Below are positions 1 through 10,086 of a stretch of DNA of 64,000 nt, piece after piece (position 1 is the stretch's first letter; each line of letters opens with the position of its first letter). The DNA is from a virus. Under the pieces are notes generated by a model. The model saw nothing but the letters and a program-made list of their open reading frames with translations. It had not been told where the DNA came from and did not search any database. Position numbers and translations under genes: made by a program. Location of the stretch: positions 64,001 through 128,000 of IMG/VR virus record IMGVR_UViG_3300035665_003403, one strand, 5' to 3'.

Positions 1-2
1 TA

Positions 3-734
3 GATGAATTACATAATAAAACTAAAAATATTATGTTAAGAAGGTTAAAGAGTGAAGTATTGGATATGCCAGAAAAATTAATTATTCCACAATACCATGA
101 ATTATCACCAACACAATGGATTGAATATGATGGGTTATGGGAGGATTATTTGGTTGAACGTAAAAAGAAAGGAAAAAGAGGTAACTTAGATAAAGATTTA
201 TTGGAGTTAATATTGCTTAGAAAATTTGTAGCTATGGAGATGATACCAAATACAATTGAATTGGTTGATGATTTGATTCTTGAAGATAAGAAAGTTATTA
301 TCTTTACCACTTTTACTGAAGAATTAAATGAACTAAAGAATCATTTCGGTAAAAAATGTGTAACCCATAATGGCCCAATGTCAACAAAAGATAAGCAAAA
401 AAGTGTCGATGAATTCCAAAATAACCCAAATATTAAGGTTTTTATTGGAAACGTTATTTCTGCTGGTGTTGGAATCACACTTACAGCAGCTAATGTTGTC
501 GTGTTCAATAGCTATGCTTGGGTACCAGGAATCAACAACCAATGTGAAGATAGAAGCCACCGATTGGGGCAAAAAAGTGATGTACTTGTCTACTACCAAT
601 TATTCGAAAACAGCGTTTCAGTTAGAATTTGGGAAACACTTAAGAGCAAACAATCAATCATAGACCAAATTATGGTTGGCAATGAAGAAACAATAACAGA
701 TAAAATAATTGAAATGATATATGAACAGAGTTAG
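3..734 (+). CDS. SNF2/SF2-family helicase, C-terminal part (gene begins before the window)
   Basis: Frame is open from position 3. MLRRLKSEVLDMPEK, KVIIFT, SAGVGITLTAA and QCEDRSHRLGQK match SNF2 HELICc motifs. Confidence 0.9.
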   Translation, partial: DELHNKTKNIMLRRLKSEVLDMPEKLIIPQYHELSPTQWIEYDGLWEDYLVERKKKGKRGNLDKDLLELILLRKFVAMEMIPNTIELVDDLILEDKKVIIFTTFTEELNELKNHFGKKCVTHNGPMSTKDKQKSVDEFQNNPNIKVFIGNVISAGVGITLTAANVVVFNSYAWVPGINNQCEDRSHRLGQKSDVLVYYQLFENSVSVRIWETLKSKQSIIDQIMVGNEETITDKIIEMIYEQS

Positions 735-987
735 AGTGTATACAACAAAAACATGTCCTTATTGTAAAACACTTAAGGATATGTTAACTGAAAATAACGT
801 TGAATTTGTTGACGTTGATGTTTCAGATGAAAAAAATAATAAAGAATTTGAAATGGTAATTAAGATTACAGATTCAGATATGGTACCCATTATAAAAGTT
901 GATAAAAATTTATTAGTTCCAGAAAAATCATTTAAATCAATACCACAAGCTGTTGAAATGATAAAAACGATAATTAATGGTAAATAA
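721..987 (+). CDS. Glutaredoxin (NrdH/Grx-like)
   Basis: VYTTKTCPYC redox motif and VP cis-proline motif; 88 aa. Confidence 0.9.
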   Translation: MNRVRVYTTKTCPYCKTLKDMLTENNVEFVDVDVSDEKNNKEFEMVIKITDSDMVPIIKVDKNLLVPEKSFKSIPQAVEMIKTIINGK

Positions 988-991
988 GCTA

Positions 992-998
992 TATTTAT
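992..998 (+). promoter_or_regulatory. TATTTAT putative late-promoter motif (representative site)
   Basis: The same sense-strand motif lies shortly before about 15 late/structural gene starts (listed in findings). Confidence 0.6.
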
Positions 999-1010
999 AA
1001 ATAAAAGATT

Positions 1011-2165
1011 ATGGCTATAACTAGAGAGGAACAAACAAAGTTATTTAACAATTTCAGAGCAACTGTTGGTGCCCCACTTAGAAATATTGAAATAACCGAT
1101 GACCAATTATGTATCTTATTAGAATTATCAATTGAAGATTATAGTCAAGCAGTTCAAAATTATTTGATTGAACATCAATGGCAAAGCCTATTGGGTCAAA
1201 ATGTTGATACACTTGATATGGCATTTGCGTTGAGCGTTAGAGGAATGAATTTCTCAACACAATATACTTATGCATACTCTAAGCAAGTTGGATTACAAAC
1301 AAATGGACCTTGGGAACTTAAAAAAGATTTTATTGATATTGAAGCTGGAAGACAAGTTTATCAAATTCCAGCTGGTAGAGAAGTAAATGAAGTTCTTTGG
1401 ATTACACCATCAACCGTAAATCAATCATTGATGGCTAGTTATGGTGGTTTAGATGCTGGTTTTGGCTTCGGTGGGGGTTTTGCTCAAGTTGGTGGTGGTT
1501 ATGGTTCAACAACAGGTGGATATGCTGGTAGAAGTGGTTATTATATAGCACCAGCCTTTGATGTGTTATTAATGGCTAGTGATATGAATTTAAAAAATAG
1601 AATTGTTAGAAGTGAGTTAACATACAAGGTAACCGCTGGACCTAATGGTACTAAATTGTTGCATTTGATAAGCACTCCAGGTTCCAAGTTAAGTTTTGGT
1701 TTGGGTGTTGGTAGTAGAGTAAGCAATGGGATAAATTTAACTGGATGTAGAGTTTGGTATCACTACTATGATACAACAGATGCTAATGTCGATGATTGTA
1801 GAAATGACAATCCAGATATTATTAAGATGCCTAATGATGTTCCATTGGATAAATTAGATTATGCATCATTTAACGAACCAACAAAGGTTTTAATACGTCA
1901 AATATTATTTGCAAAAGCTAAACAAACACTTGGTAAAACAAGAGGTAAGTTTTTAGGTGTTATTGGATTACCAGAAGGTGAAAGAACTTTAGATTGGGAA
2001 ACGATGACAACTGAAGGTAACGAAGAATATAAAGCAGTGATGGAAAAATTAGAAGAAAGATTAGCTAGGTTATCTAGCACAGAACAATTAAAGAGAGCAG
2101 CTGAAGAAGCTGAATTCCTAAATACTCAGCTCAAATACAGGCCATTAGGTATCTATGTTAAGTAA
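1011..2165 (+). CDS. Neck/head-completion protein (T4 gp13-like)
   Basis: VGAPLRNIEITDDQL at the N-terminus; AKAKQTLGKTRGKF..I.LP.G..TLD and PLGIYV at the C-terminus resemble gp13-like neck proteins. Confidence 0.7.
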   Translation: MAITREEQTKLFNNFRATVGAPLRNIEITDDQLCILLELSIEDYSQAVQNYLIEHQWQSLLGQNVDTLDMAFALSVRGMNFSTQYTYAYSKQVGLQTNGPWELKKDFIDIEAGRQVYQIPAGREVNEVLWITPSTVNQSLMASYGGLDAGFGFGGGFAQVGGGYGSTTGGYAGRSGYYIAPAFDVLLMASDMNLKNRIVRSELTYKVTAGPNGTKLLHLISTPGSKLSFGLGVGSRVSNGINLTGCRVWYHYYDTTDANVDDCRNDNPDIIKMPNDVPLDKLDYASFNEPTKVLIRQILFAKAKQTLGKTRGKFLGVIGLPEGERTLDWETMTTEGNEEYKAVMEKLEERLARLSSTEQLKRAAEEAEFLNTQLKYRPLGIYVK

Positions 2166-2168
2166 TGT

Positions 2169-2200
2169 AAAAGTGGTTTAAAATAACCACTTTTCTTTTT
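2169..2200. terminator. Hairpin between convergent genes, probable bidirectional terminator
   Basis: AAAAGTGGTT-taaaat-AACCACTTTT followed by a T-rich run. Confidence 0.55.
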
Positions 2201-5200
2201 TTACACCATCATTTACACCCTCATTTACACCCTCATTTACACCCTCATTTACACCCTCATTTACTACGTCATATACTACGTCATATACTACGTCATCTAT
2301 AACTTCATTAAAGAAATCAATTTCCGATTCCAATACCACTCTCTCATCAAATTTATCATTATAATCAATTTCACCACCATCTGATTCTTCATTTTCATCA
2401 TCTATTTTTCCTATCTCCAAAGATATGGTTTTTATATTATGTTCTTGTATTTTCTTAACAATATCTTCAATCTCTGATATTTCACCAATAATCAAATCAG
2501 CATTTCTAACTCCAGTTAAAAATTCTTTGGTTGTTTCGTTATTTACCCATAAATCAAACCTATCATCTTTTTTAACATTTTTATCCAATGATTCATAAAA
2601 TATATCTCTACTTTTAGCTAAGCTCTCATATTTGAATATTTGTATCAATGGCATCAAAGGTTCATTCCATTCATTAGAAACAAACACACCATCATCATTT
2701 AAATGTGCGAATCCGTAAATTTCAATAGGTATTTCACCTAATGACCTAATCTTACCGTAATCTTTTACCTCTAATCTTTTGAATATATCATCTAACCTGT
2801 CTTTAGCATAGGCAATATCTTTTATTTTTTTGATTCTCATCCTCTCGGTGTAATCAGCAACAATCAAATCCCAATCAGTTTGGGTCATATTGTTTGGTGT
2901 CTTATTAACTCTCATCCAAAATTTTATTTCCTTGTCTTCCATAGTCATTAAATCCTCATAACTATCTTGATGTTCTGGTTCAAATGGATTTCCATTTGTT
3001 AATTTACACTGCTCAATTGTAAAAGCTGATTTTTCTTGCAACACAAATAATTTACTTTTTTTATTTTTAACAACGTTAATCAACACATGATTTCTAACTT
3101 CAGTATCAAAACATACTAATAACGGTTTAATTCTAGTATTAAACGCAGCTAAGTATCTAGCAACATTATAGTCATCAACTGATAATTCAGCATTTATTTC
3201 ATTGATTCTATCAATTATTTCGTTATCTTCAGGTGTATTAATTAGTTCTTTATTTAACATTTCCAATTCCTTAAGCATTTCGAAATCTTTTTCAACAATA
3301 CTTGGTTCGATAAGTTTACAATTCATTTGTAAGGTAATCTTACCAGTTTCTTTATCCTTAATAGATTTTAAATCACCATGTGATTTAACAGTACCAATAT
3401 TAACATAATATAACATGTCACCCATATCAACATATAGATTATGTTTTAAAGCTAATTCCATATGAGCTTGCTTAGGTAAAGGGTTACCTTTTTTATTAAC
3501 CTTATCGGCTCTTTTTTTATATTCCTCAAGTGTTGATTTAACCTTGCTTTTTGATGCAATCTTAACCAATGGGATTTGCATATTATAAATTTTATCCACA
3601 TAAGAATAATAATACCTTATAAACCCATAACCATCACCTTTTAATAAAAGTTTTATCCCATAATCTAAAAATTCTTCAATATATGTTGGCATTTTTTTAG
3701 ACTTGATAGAATTCCCAACGAATTTAATCTTACCACCAATATCATTTGCGTAATTTTTCCTAGCAAAGTTAATAGTTGAATCAATTACATCATCAATATC
3801 CAATCCCATCCATCCAATCATATAAGTTTCATTAAATTCAGCTAAAGCAGCATCAATCCCATATAATACCTTACCACCATCACTCTTTGTTTTCCAATGC
3901 GACCCCTTGGGTGTATATGAATAACTATCAAGTTCAATTGGTACCGCAAAATTAACCCCATCAGTATCTAATAATAGGGGTGTCATATTAAATTTATCTG
4001 AGAAGAATTTAACCATCAATCTAAGATACTGTCTACCCCTACATGTTGTTTCCTCAGCGCAGTCAGTATCACCCCAATTAAATATATAAGGCGCACCATA
4101 TGAACCAAACCAAGAGTTAGCTAATATCTTTAAAGGGAGTTGTTTTTTATCATATAAGTTAGCTAATTTTTTATTTTCACTAATATCATCCAATAATTTT
4201 TTCTTTTCTTCTTCATTTAAGTCTTTATTATTTTCTAATTTTTGAACTAAACTTTTAACTATATTCTTATGTGTTGTGGTTAACTCTTTATTCTCATCTC
4301 TTGTTTCAACCACATAAGATAATAAACCACTCATTGCACCACTAATATCTAATTTAGGGAATATACCCCATGTTAATTCAGTTTTAGGGTATAGCGCAGC
4401 ATAATCTAATTTGTAAACATCCTTAGAGAAGCCAACTCTTAATAATCTAGATAATCCACCAGTAAAATCTTTCTTAACTTCAGTACTTGGAATTGCTAAT
4501 TTATTCTCATATGACCAAGCTGACATAATTAATTTCCACTGTCCAGCTGTACCCATAGTTGAACTTCTCATGTATGTTGTTGGAAGTAATTTTGCAATCA
4601 AAAACGATGCTTGATTAAAAATATTATCAATTTGCTCTGTTTCCCATAAGTCATCCAATAAATATCTTCTAACCAAGAATGCCCCATCAACTACCTTATA
4701 GTTATTTTTTATTTCTTTATTAGGTTTAATCTTATACCAATCACCATTAGTGTCATTAAAAGCATAAGTATTGTTTTTATCATTCCATAAATCAAATAAT
4801 ACATTACCATTAATGTAAACCCTATTCTTTTTAGCAATATTAGAGTACTTTGTGATATATTTTAAAGACCAAGATTTGATATCAGAATTAATTGCCTGTG
4901 CCCTTCTGACTGAATGAGCAATATCTAATATATTATGACCATACATATGGGCTTGCATGTAGTGTTCAACCTCACCACCCAATTTAATCATGGATTTCTT
5001 ACGTTTGAATTTACTATTGGGTGATAGTGTTGTCGCTAAATCAGAAACATTACTTCCTAACCTACTAACTCGTTTCTCAATAAAATCCCAATCGAAATTT
5101 TCGGAATTATAACCAGTAATTATATCTGGTTTAAGATAATCAATTACCCCAAAAAACTTTTTAATATTGGTTAATTCAGAATTTCTTAACTCCTGTGGCG

Positions 5201-5807
5201 TGTTTCCACTTATTTCAATTACACCTTCTAACCCTCTATTATCCCTTATCCCAATTTGGAATATAGCATCTCTATTAGGATTCAGTCCCTGTGTTTCCAA
5301 GTCAAATTGGAATCTATGTAAATCATTGTAATCATCAAATCCTTTAAATAACCTTTTACCCGTTTGAATCATGAATTGTTCAACTGGTGTGTAAGCTAAA
5401 AATAAGTTTCTATCCTCTTTTCTGAAGATATCTAACCCACCATCCCTAAAATAATTAATAAGTGAATTGTATGATTTATCACAAATGGCCATGAATTTAT
5501 ACCCATTTTCCATTCTATCTGGAATATGCCCACTATCATCATGTGTCCTTAGGTTTTTAATAGTAATACCATACCTTTCTCTAGCTTTTATTTGCTCAGA
5601 ATGCTTACCCCTATATAAAATCTTATTAACGTCTTCCTTGAACCACAAGAATGGTTTGTAACTATGTGTTTCAGTCCTCTTTCCAGTTTCTGGGTCATTT
5701 ATTACCAATACAACATTATTTGAGTTATACTCTGGTTCTATTGTAATTATATACTTTTGGTCATCTCGACCCAATAAAAACGCTTCAATTTCTTCTTTTG
5801 GAATCAT
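2178..5807 (-). CDS. polB: Family B DNA polymerase
   Basis: Exonuclease motifs FDLETQG, GYNSENFD, YLLDD; polymerase motifs LDYAALYP, KKQLPLKILANSWFG, LDTDG; 1209 aa. Confidence 0.95.
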   Translation of the reverse strand: MIPKEEIEAFLLGRDDQKYIITIEPEYNSNNVVLVINDPETGKRTETHSYKPFLWFKEDVNKILYRGKHSEQIKARERYGITIKNLRTHDDSGHIPDRMENGYKFMAICDKSYNSLINYFRDGGLDIFRKEDRNLFLAYTPVEQFMIQTGKRLFKGFDDYNDLHRFQFDLETQGLNPNRDAIFQIGIRDNRGLEGVIEISGNTPQELRNSELTNIKKFFGVIDYLKPDIITGYNSENFDWDFIEKRVSRLGSNVSDLATTLSPNSKFKRKKSMIKLGGEVEHYMQAHMYGHNILDIAHSVRRAQAINSDIKSWSLKYITKYSNIAKKNRVYINGNVLFDLWNDKNNTYAFNDTNGDWYKIKPNKEIKNNYKVVDGAFLVRRYLLDDLWETEQIDNIFNQASFLIAKLLPTTYMRSSTMGTAGQWKLIMSAWSYENKLAIPSTEVKKDFTGGLSRLLRVGFSKDVYKLDYAALYPKTELTWGIFPKLDISGAMSGLLSYVVETRDENKELTTTHKNIVKSLVQKLENNKDLNEEEKKKLLDDISENKKLANLYDKKQLPLKILANSWFGSYGAPYIFNWGDTDCAEETTCRGRQYLRLMVKFFSDKFNMTPLLLDTDGVNFAVPIELDSYSYTPKGSHWKTKSDGGKVLYGIDAALAEFNETYMIGWMGLDIDDVIDSTINFARKNYANDIGGKIKFVGNSIKSKKMPTYIEEFLDYGIKLLLKGDGYGFIRYYYSYVDKIYNMQIPLVKIASKSKVKSTLEEYKKRADKVNKKGNPLPKQAHMELALKHNLYVDMGDMLYYVNIGTVKSHGDLKSIKDKETGKITLQMNCKLIEPSIVEKDFEMLKELEMLNKELINTPEDNEIIDRINEINAELSVDDYNVARYLAAFNTRIKPLLVCFDTEVRNHVLINVVKNKKSKLFVLQEKSAFTIEQCKLTNGNPFEPEHQDSYEDLMTMEDKEIKFWMRVNKTPNNMTQTDWDLIVADYTERMRIKKIKDIAYAKDRLDDIFKRLEVKDYGKIRSLGEIPIEIYGFAHLNDDGVFVSNEWNEPLMPLIQIFKYESLAKSRDIFYESLDKNVKKDDRFDLWVNNETTKEFLTGVRNADLIIGEISEIEDIVKKIQEHNIKTISLEIGKIDDENEESDGGEIDYNDKFDERVVLESEIDFFNEVIDDVVYDVVYDVVNEGVNEGVNEGVNEGVNDGVKKEKWLF
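2197..2297. repeat. 12-bp tandem repeat in the polymerase 3' end
   Basis: TCATTTACACCC x4 (2209-2256), then TCAT(T/A)TACTACG x3; encodes VVYD and VNEG repeats. Confidence 0.95.
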
Positions 5808-5826
5808 ATATTTAAAACTAATTCCA

Positions 5827-5834
5827 CAAATTTA
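5827..5834 (-). promoter_or_regulatory. Bacteroidota-type -7 promoter box (TAAATTTG) upstream of polB
   Basis: Matches TAnnTTTG, about 20 nt before the ATG. Confidence 0.5.
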
Positions 5835-5845
5835 CTATTTTAAAA

Positions 5846-6220
5846 TCACTTTTTAATAGAACCACCAATCACATTTATGAATAATTCTTCAGAAATAGGT
5901 GTAAGCAAAGTTCCACTACCATCCAATACCTCAATTGAAAATTGTCCAACATATCTACCAGCATTTTTAGTGTCTATAGCCCTAAAATTATATGTTATGA
6001 AGTATTCTTCACAACAATCACTAGTAGGTGTAACCAATTCAGTACCAGCCAATCTATTACCAATCACATGTTTTCCTGTGGTAACCTCCCACATATTGAA
6101 TTTTATTGTTGAATTTTGTAATTTATCAAAAAAATTGTTAAAATCATATCTACCATCATTTATTAGTTCCATTTTAAGAACAGGTAAGGTAGCACCCTTC
6201 ATTATATTAAATTCCATCAT
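5846..6220 (-). CDS. BppU-like Ig-fold virion/baseplate protein
   Basis: F.IMKGATLP.L.MEL...Y.F...DT..AG.Y.GQF pattern; lies in a structural operon. Confidence 0.55.
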   Translation of the reverse strand: MMEFNIMKGATLPVLKMELINDGRYDFNNFFDKLQNSTIKFNMWEVTTGKHVIGNRLAGTELVTPTSDCCEEYFITYNFRAIDTKNAGRYVGQFSIEVLDGSGTLLTPISEELFINVIGGSIKK

Positions 6221-6231
6221 GTTTTTAAGTT

Positions 6232-7962
6232 TTATAATATCGTTATACCATACCTCACAGCCTCACGCCTCACCAAATAGTCAATTTCAGAAAAATTCAA
6301 ATCACAAATATTAAATTTGAATTGAGATATGCCACCTAAAAATGTACCAGCGAAATTCTCTTCAATCGGTAATCCAAGGTCTCTTGGGTCAGGCCCATCA
6401 AATGTGAAGCTTTCCAATAATCCCTGAGAACCACCACCCAAGCTTATATTGAATGGTACACCGACTTGTTTTAATTTATTATCACCAAGCCTTTTACCAA
6501 TGAATTCATCAAAATCATTTACAACGTATTTTAATTTTCCGTTAACATAAAACATAAGTCTACCTTTTCTTCGTTTACCATAAATTAAATCACACGTATC
6601 ATAAGTATCATTCATTTTAAATCTAACCATAATACTCGTCCAAACATCACCACTTACAACACCACTAGCAGAATACCCCTCTTGAACCGTAATACCACTT
6701 GAATAAGTATCACCACTACATGAACCAGTTACTGTTAACAACCTATATCCAATACTACCATCTGATTTTATTCTAAACCCTAATGCATTATCAACAATAT
6801 CCGCTTCATAATCTAATTCTAGTTTATCTGATGTAAAACCACTGAAGCTACAAGCTGTTTGATTTCCATAACCATCATGACTTCCACCACAACTTAGGCA
6901 TGAGGTACCACCAGTACTTGCTCTACCATAAATCAAGAATGGGTTTGTTGTATTTGTTATTTCTTGTTGATGTGAAGTTACTACAACACCATTACCATCA
7001 TAATTACATGCATTATATGTACCTAAACCATCATGACTTCCACCACAACTTAGGCATGAGGTACCACCAGTACTTGCTCTACCATAAATCAAGAATCCGT
7101 TCTCAATCAAATCAATATTAATAATCGGTGGAGACAATGGAATACCAACATTATAATCACCAGTCAAAACAATATCAGTTTCTTTTAATGTTGTACAATA
7201 TCCAGATACACTATCAGTACAACCACTAGGAACTGTACAACCACTAGTACATCCAGTATTCAATCCTTCAAAAACATTCCAAAATTTATTTTCAGCTCTG
7301 GTTCCCATATAAAAAAAGAAACCCTCATTATTTGGGTTCAAATCATTCAAGGTAGTACCAGTATGTCCACTACAGTTATCTGTTTTATTTAACCAAAATT
7401 CAGCAACCCAACCTTTAGATACTCTATTTGGTAAAACTTCATATGTTGAACCATCTAATTTATAATAACCTTGATAAAATCCACCACAAAATTGTGCATA
7501 TCTACCAATGCTTGTATTAGCACTCAAAATATCTATTGGATATATAACATTACCTGTAAAACCACTAACTCTATTTAATTTTAATCTAGTATCACCAGAT
7601 AAAATAGTTAGTGTTGTTCCAGTTAATGCCGACATTATTTCAGTATTAGATGTTCCAGTTAAACCAGATATATCAATACCACCGTTATCAATACCTGTTA
7701 AACCATATGTTGAAAATGTATACCCAGTATTAATGGCATCACCCCAACTAATTAAACTATATATAGTGTTAGCAGATGTTGACCCAGTAGAATATATATC
7801 AGAGTTAGCAAAATCAAAATAAGAAACCAAACAAGTACCAGATGTAACACCAGTAATGGGTGATGTTATTTTACCATCATTAGCCAATTTAAAATCCCAA
7901 TAATCATGGTTTGATAATTGAAGTTTAAGTTTATTACTATTATAATTATTAATGTTTGTCAT
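6232..7962 (-). CDS. Virion structural protein with a LamG/ConA-like C-terminal region
   Basis: S/G/T/C-rich; WTSIMVRF, LMFYVNGKL, ISLGGG, FLGGISQFKF resemble LamG-type strands. Confidence 0.55.
   Translation of the reverse strand: MTNINNYNSNKLKLQLSNHDYWDFKLANDGKITSPITGVTSGTCLVSYFDFANSDIYSTGSTSANTIYSLISWGDAINTGYTFSTYGLTGIDNGGIDISGLTGTSNTEIMSALTGTTLTILSGDTRLKLNRVSGFTGNVIYPIDILSANTSIGRYAQFCGGFYQGYYKLDGSTYEVLPNRVSKGWVAEFWLNKTDNCSGHTGTTLNDLNPNNEGFFFYMGTRAENKFWNVFEGLNTGCTSGCTVPSGCTDSVSGYCTTLKETDIVLTGDYNVGIPLSPPIINIDLIENGFLIYGRASTGGTSCLSCGGSHDGLGTYNACNYDGNGVVVTSHQQEITNTTNPFLIYGRASTGGTSCLSCGGSHDGYGNQTACSFSGFTSDKLELDYEADIVDNALGFRIKSDGSIGYRLLTVTGSCSGDTYSSGITVQEGYSASGVVSGDVWTSIMVRFKMNDTYDTCDLIYGKRRKGRLMFYVNGKLKYVVNDFDEFIGKRLGDNKLKQVGVPFNISLGGGSQGLLESFTFDGPDPRDLGLPIEENFAGTFLGGISQFKFNICDLNFSEIDYLVRREAVRYGITIL
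6870..7096. repeat. Perfect 71-bp direct repeat (6870-6940 and 7026-7096)
   Basis: The two copies are identical base for base and encode FLIYGRASTGGTSCLSCGGSHDG twice. Confidence 0.95.
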
Positions 7963-7964
7963 AA

Positions 7965-10037
7965 TTAATACCTAACTTGAGTATACTCACATTTACCGTA
8001 CCAATTAATATCCGCTGTATTTAAACCAGTTACATTAACAACAATAGCTTCGTTAGGTACATCAACTGATATTGCAGCTGAGGTTGCAGCCAATGAAGCA
8101 TCACCATGAGTTGATGATAGAGCTGTACTACCAACTAATGATACTGTACCAGCAACATTCTTAACTAAACAATTACCTCTCCATTCTTTAGCATCACCAT
8201 TTGCCACATCAACACACACAATAGTAATGTTAATAAAATAAGTGTGTCCCGTATCAATTGTGAATCTAGCATATGTGCTATCAATATACATTTCTGTTTG
8301 AACATTATTTGTTGTTGCAGTATATAATGGAATAATACCATATTGACCACCATCTAAATTTAAAACATAAGCACCATTACTTCTAGCCCACTCATAATTA
8401 TGTGTGGCTGTTGCATAACCACCAGCATGAGAATAATCAGCATTAGCGGTACCACCATTTTCAGCATGACTACACAAACCATAAGCCTGACCACTACCCT
8501 CAGCATGTGAATTAATACCACCAGCAATACTAATACCTTCAGCATGTGAATAATCACCAGATGCTGTTGACCTACTACCTTCAGCATGTGAATATAATCC
8601 AGAAGCTAAAGTTAAAGAACCCTCTGAATGGGAAGCAACACCAGAAGCTAAAGTTAAATAACCCTCTGAATGAGAAGCAACTCCATTTGCAGTCGTACCA
8701 CTTCCCTCAGAGTGTGAAGCATCACCAATTGATGAATTAAATGAACCCTCAGCGTGAGAGCAATTTCCACCACCAGTGTTATAAGAACCTTCAACATGAG
8801 ATGTTACACCAGTTGAATAATTATTTTGTCCTTCAACATGAGAATAATTACCAGAAGATAAATTTTGACCACCCTCAGCATGGGATGCAAACCCAGAAGC
8901 TGTATTTTGACTCCCTTCAGCATGTGAATAACTACCACTAGCTGTGGTGTTAGTACCTTCAGCGTGTGAATTTAACCCAGAAGCAATATTAGATTGACCC
9001 TCACTATGCGCTGCCAAACCACTAGCTGTTGTCCTAAATCCTTCACTATGGGAATATAAACCAACGGACGTTGAATAAGAACCTTCAGCATGTGATGAAG
9101 TTCCACTAGCTGTAGTAAAACTACCCTCAGCATGTGAAAAATCACCTAAAGATACTGTTTTACCACCCTCAGCATGAGAACCATTACCGTTAGCAGTTGT
9201 ACCACTACCCTCAGCTAAACTATAATCACCAGTAGCAGCTATTCCGCTATTATTTTTAGCCTTAACAGAATGAGTTCCAGAATTACCACTAGTCCAATAC
9301 GTTATAGCACTTAATGCAAACGTACCACCAGTATTATTTCTAAAAGTAGAAACATCGTTAAATTGATTATAAGTTGCACCAGTTACAAAAACATCAAAAC
9401 AACATCCACTTGAACTACCACTTGTAGTACCTGTGTTTGGTGACCAGTACCCTAAACCTTCTGGTGTCAAACAGGTCCATACATAACCAACAGTTGGGCT
9501 ATCACTAATAATTAATCTATTTGTCCTAGTAATACCAGAAACATCCACCCAAATAGTTCTTCCAGTAAAATCTAATGTATTAGCTGATAAAAATTGAACA
9601 ACACTCGAAGTAACACTACCAGTGTATGCTCCACCACCAACATCAACAATTTGAACCACACTAATATCAAAATTAACACCAGAATAAGTTAACACAACAT
9701 TATTATCATCAATAACCGTTGTTGTATTAGATGTAAATATAATACTAGTATTTTGAGTAATACCACTATTTGATGGTGTCAACGCTGATAAAACACTATT
9801 ACCTAATCCCATCCTAGCGTCAAACCAACTATAAACAGTTGTTCCAGTATTACCAGAAAATGTTGAAACATATAAAGTATATTCTTCAGTAACACCAGAT
9901 GAAATAGTAGATGGACCACTAGGTAACAAATTAAAAGGCTGACCAAATATAGTACCACCAGATAATTCAGTAAATGTCTCAATTCTCTGTTTTATTTGTC
10001 TATTATCCGAATAATCTAATTTAGTTATGAATCCCAT
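7965..10037 (-). CDS. Tail fibre/adhesin with YadA-head-like SHAEG repeats (start revised to ATG 10037, MGFITKLD)
   Basis: About 20 copies of a 14-aa A(S)G..SHAEG repeat. The longer track start overlaps a divergent gene, and a TATTTAT motif precedes 10037. Confidence 0.8.
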   Translation of the reverse strand: MGFITKLDYSDNRQIKQRIETFTELSGGTIFGQPFNLLPSGPSTISSGVTEEYTLYVSTFSGNTGTTVYSWFDARMGLGNSVLSALTPSNSGITQNTSIIFTSNTTTVIDDNNVVLTYSGVNFDISVVQIVDVGGGAYTGSVTSSVVQFLSANTLDFTGRTIWVDVSGITRTNRLIISDSPTVGYVWTCLTPEGLGYWSPNTGTTSGSSSGCCFDVFVTGATYNQFNDVSTFRNNTGGTFALSAITYWTSGNSGTHSVKAKNNSGIAATGDYSLAEGSGTTANGNGSHAEGGKTVSLGDFSHAEGSFTTASGTSSHAEGSYSTSVGLYSHSEGFRTTASGLAAHSEGQSNIASGLNSHAEGTNTTASGSYSHAEGSQNTASGFASHAEGGQNLSSGNYSHVEGQNNYSTGVTSHVEGSYNTGGGNCSHAEGSFNSSIGDASHSEGSGTTANGVASHSEGYLTLASGVASHSEGSLTLASGLYSHAEGSRSTASGDYSHAEGISIAGGINSHAEGSGQAYGLCSHAENGGTANADYSHAGGYATATHNYEWARSNGAYVLNLDGGQYGIIPLYTATTNNVQTEMYIDSTYARFTIDTGHTYFINITIVCVDVANGDAKEWRGNCLVKNVAGTVSLVGSTALSSTHGDASLAATSAAISVDVPNEAIVVNVTGLNTADINWYGKCEYTQVRY

Positions 10038-10086
10038 TTGATTTTTATTATAAATATTCTGATTTTTAGTTATATTTATATATTGT

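Noticed and set aside
6870-7096. Diversity-generating retroelement TR/VR pair
   Set aside because: The copies are identical with no adenine-specific mismatches, both are in-frame coding, and no reverse transcriptase is in the window.
8380-9240. 42-bp periodic DNA repeats as an array element
   Set aside because: They are degenerate codon-level echoes of the SHAEG protein repeat.
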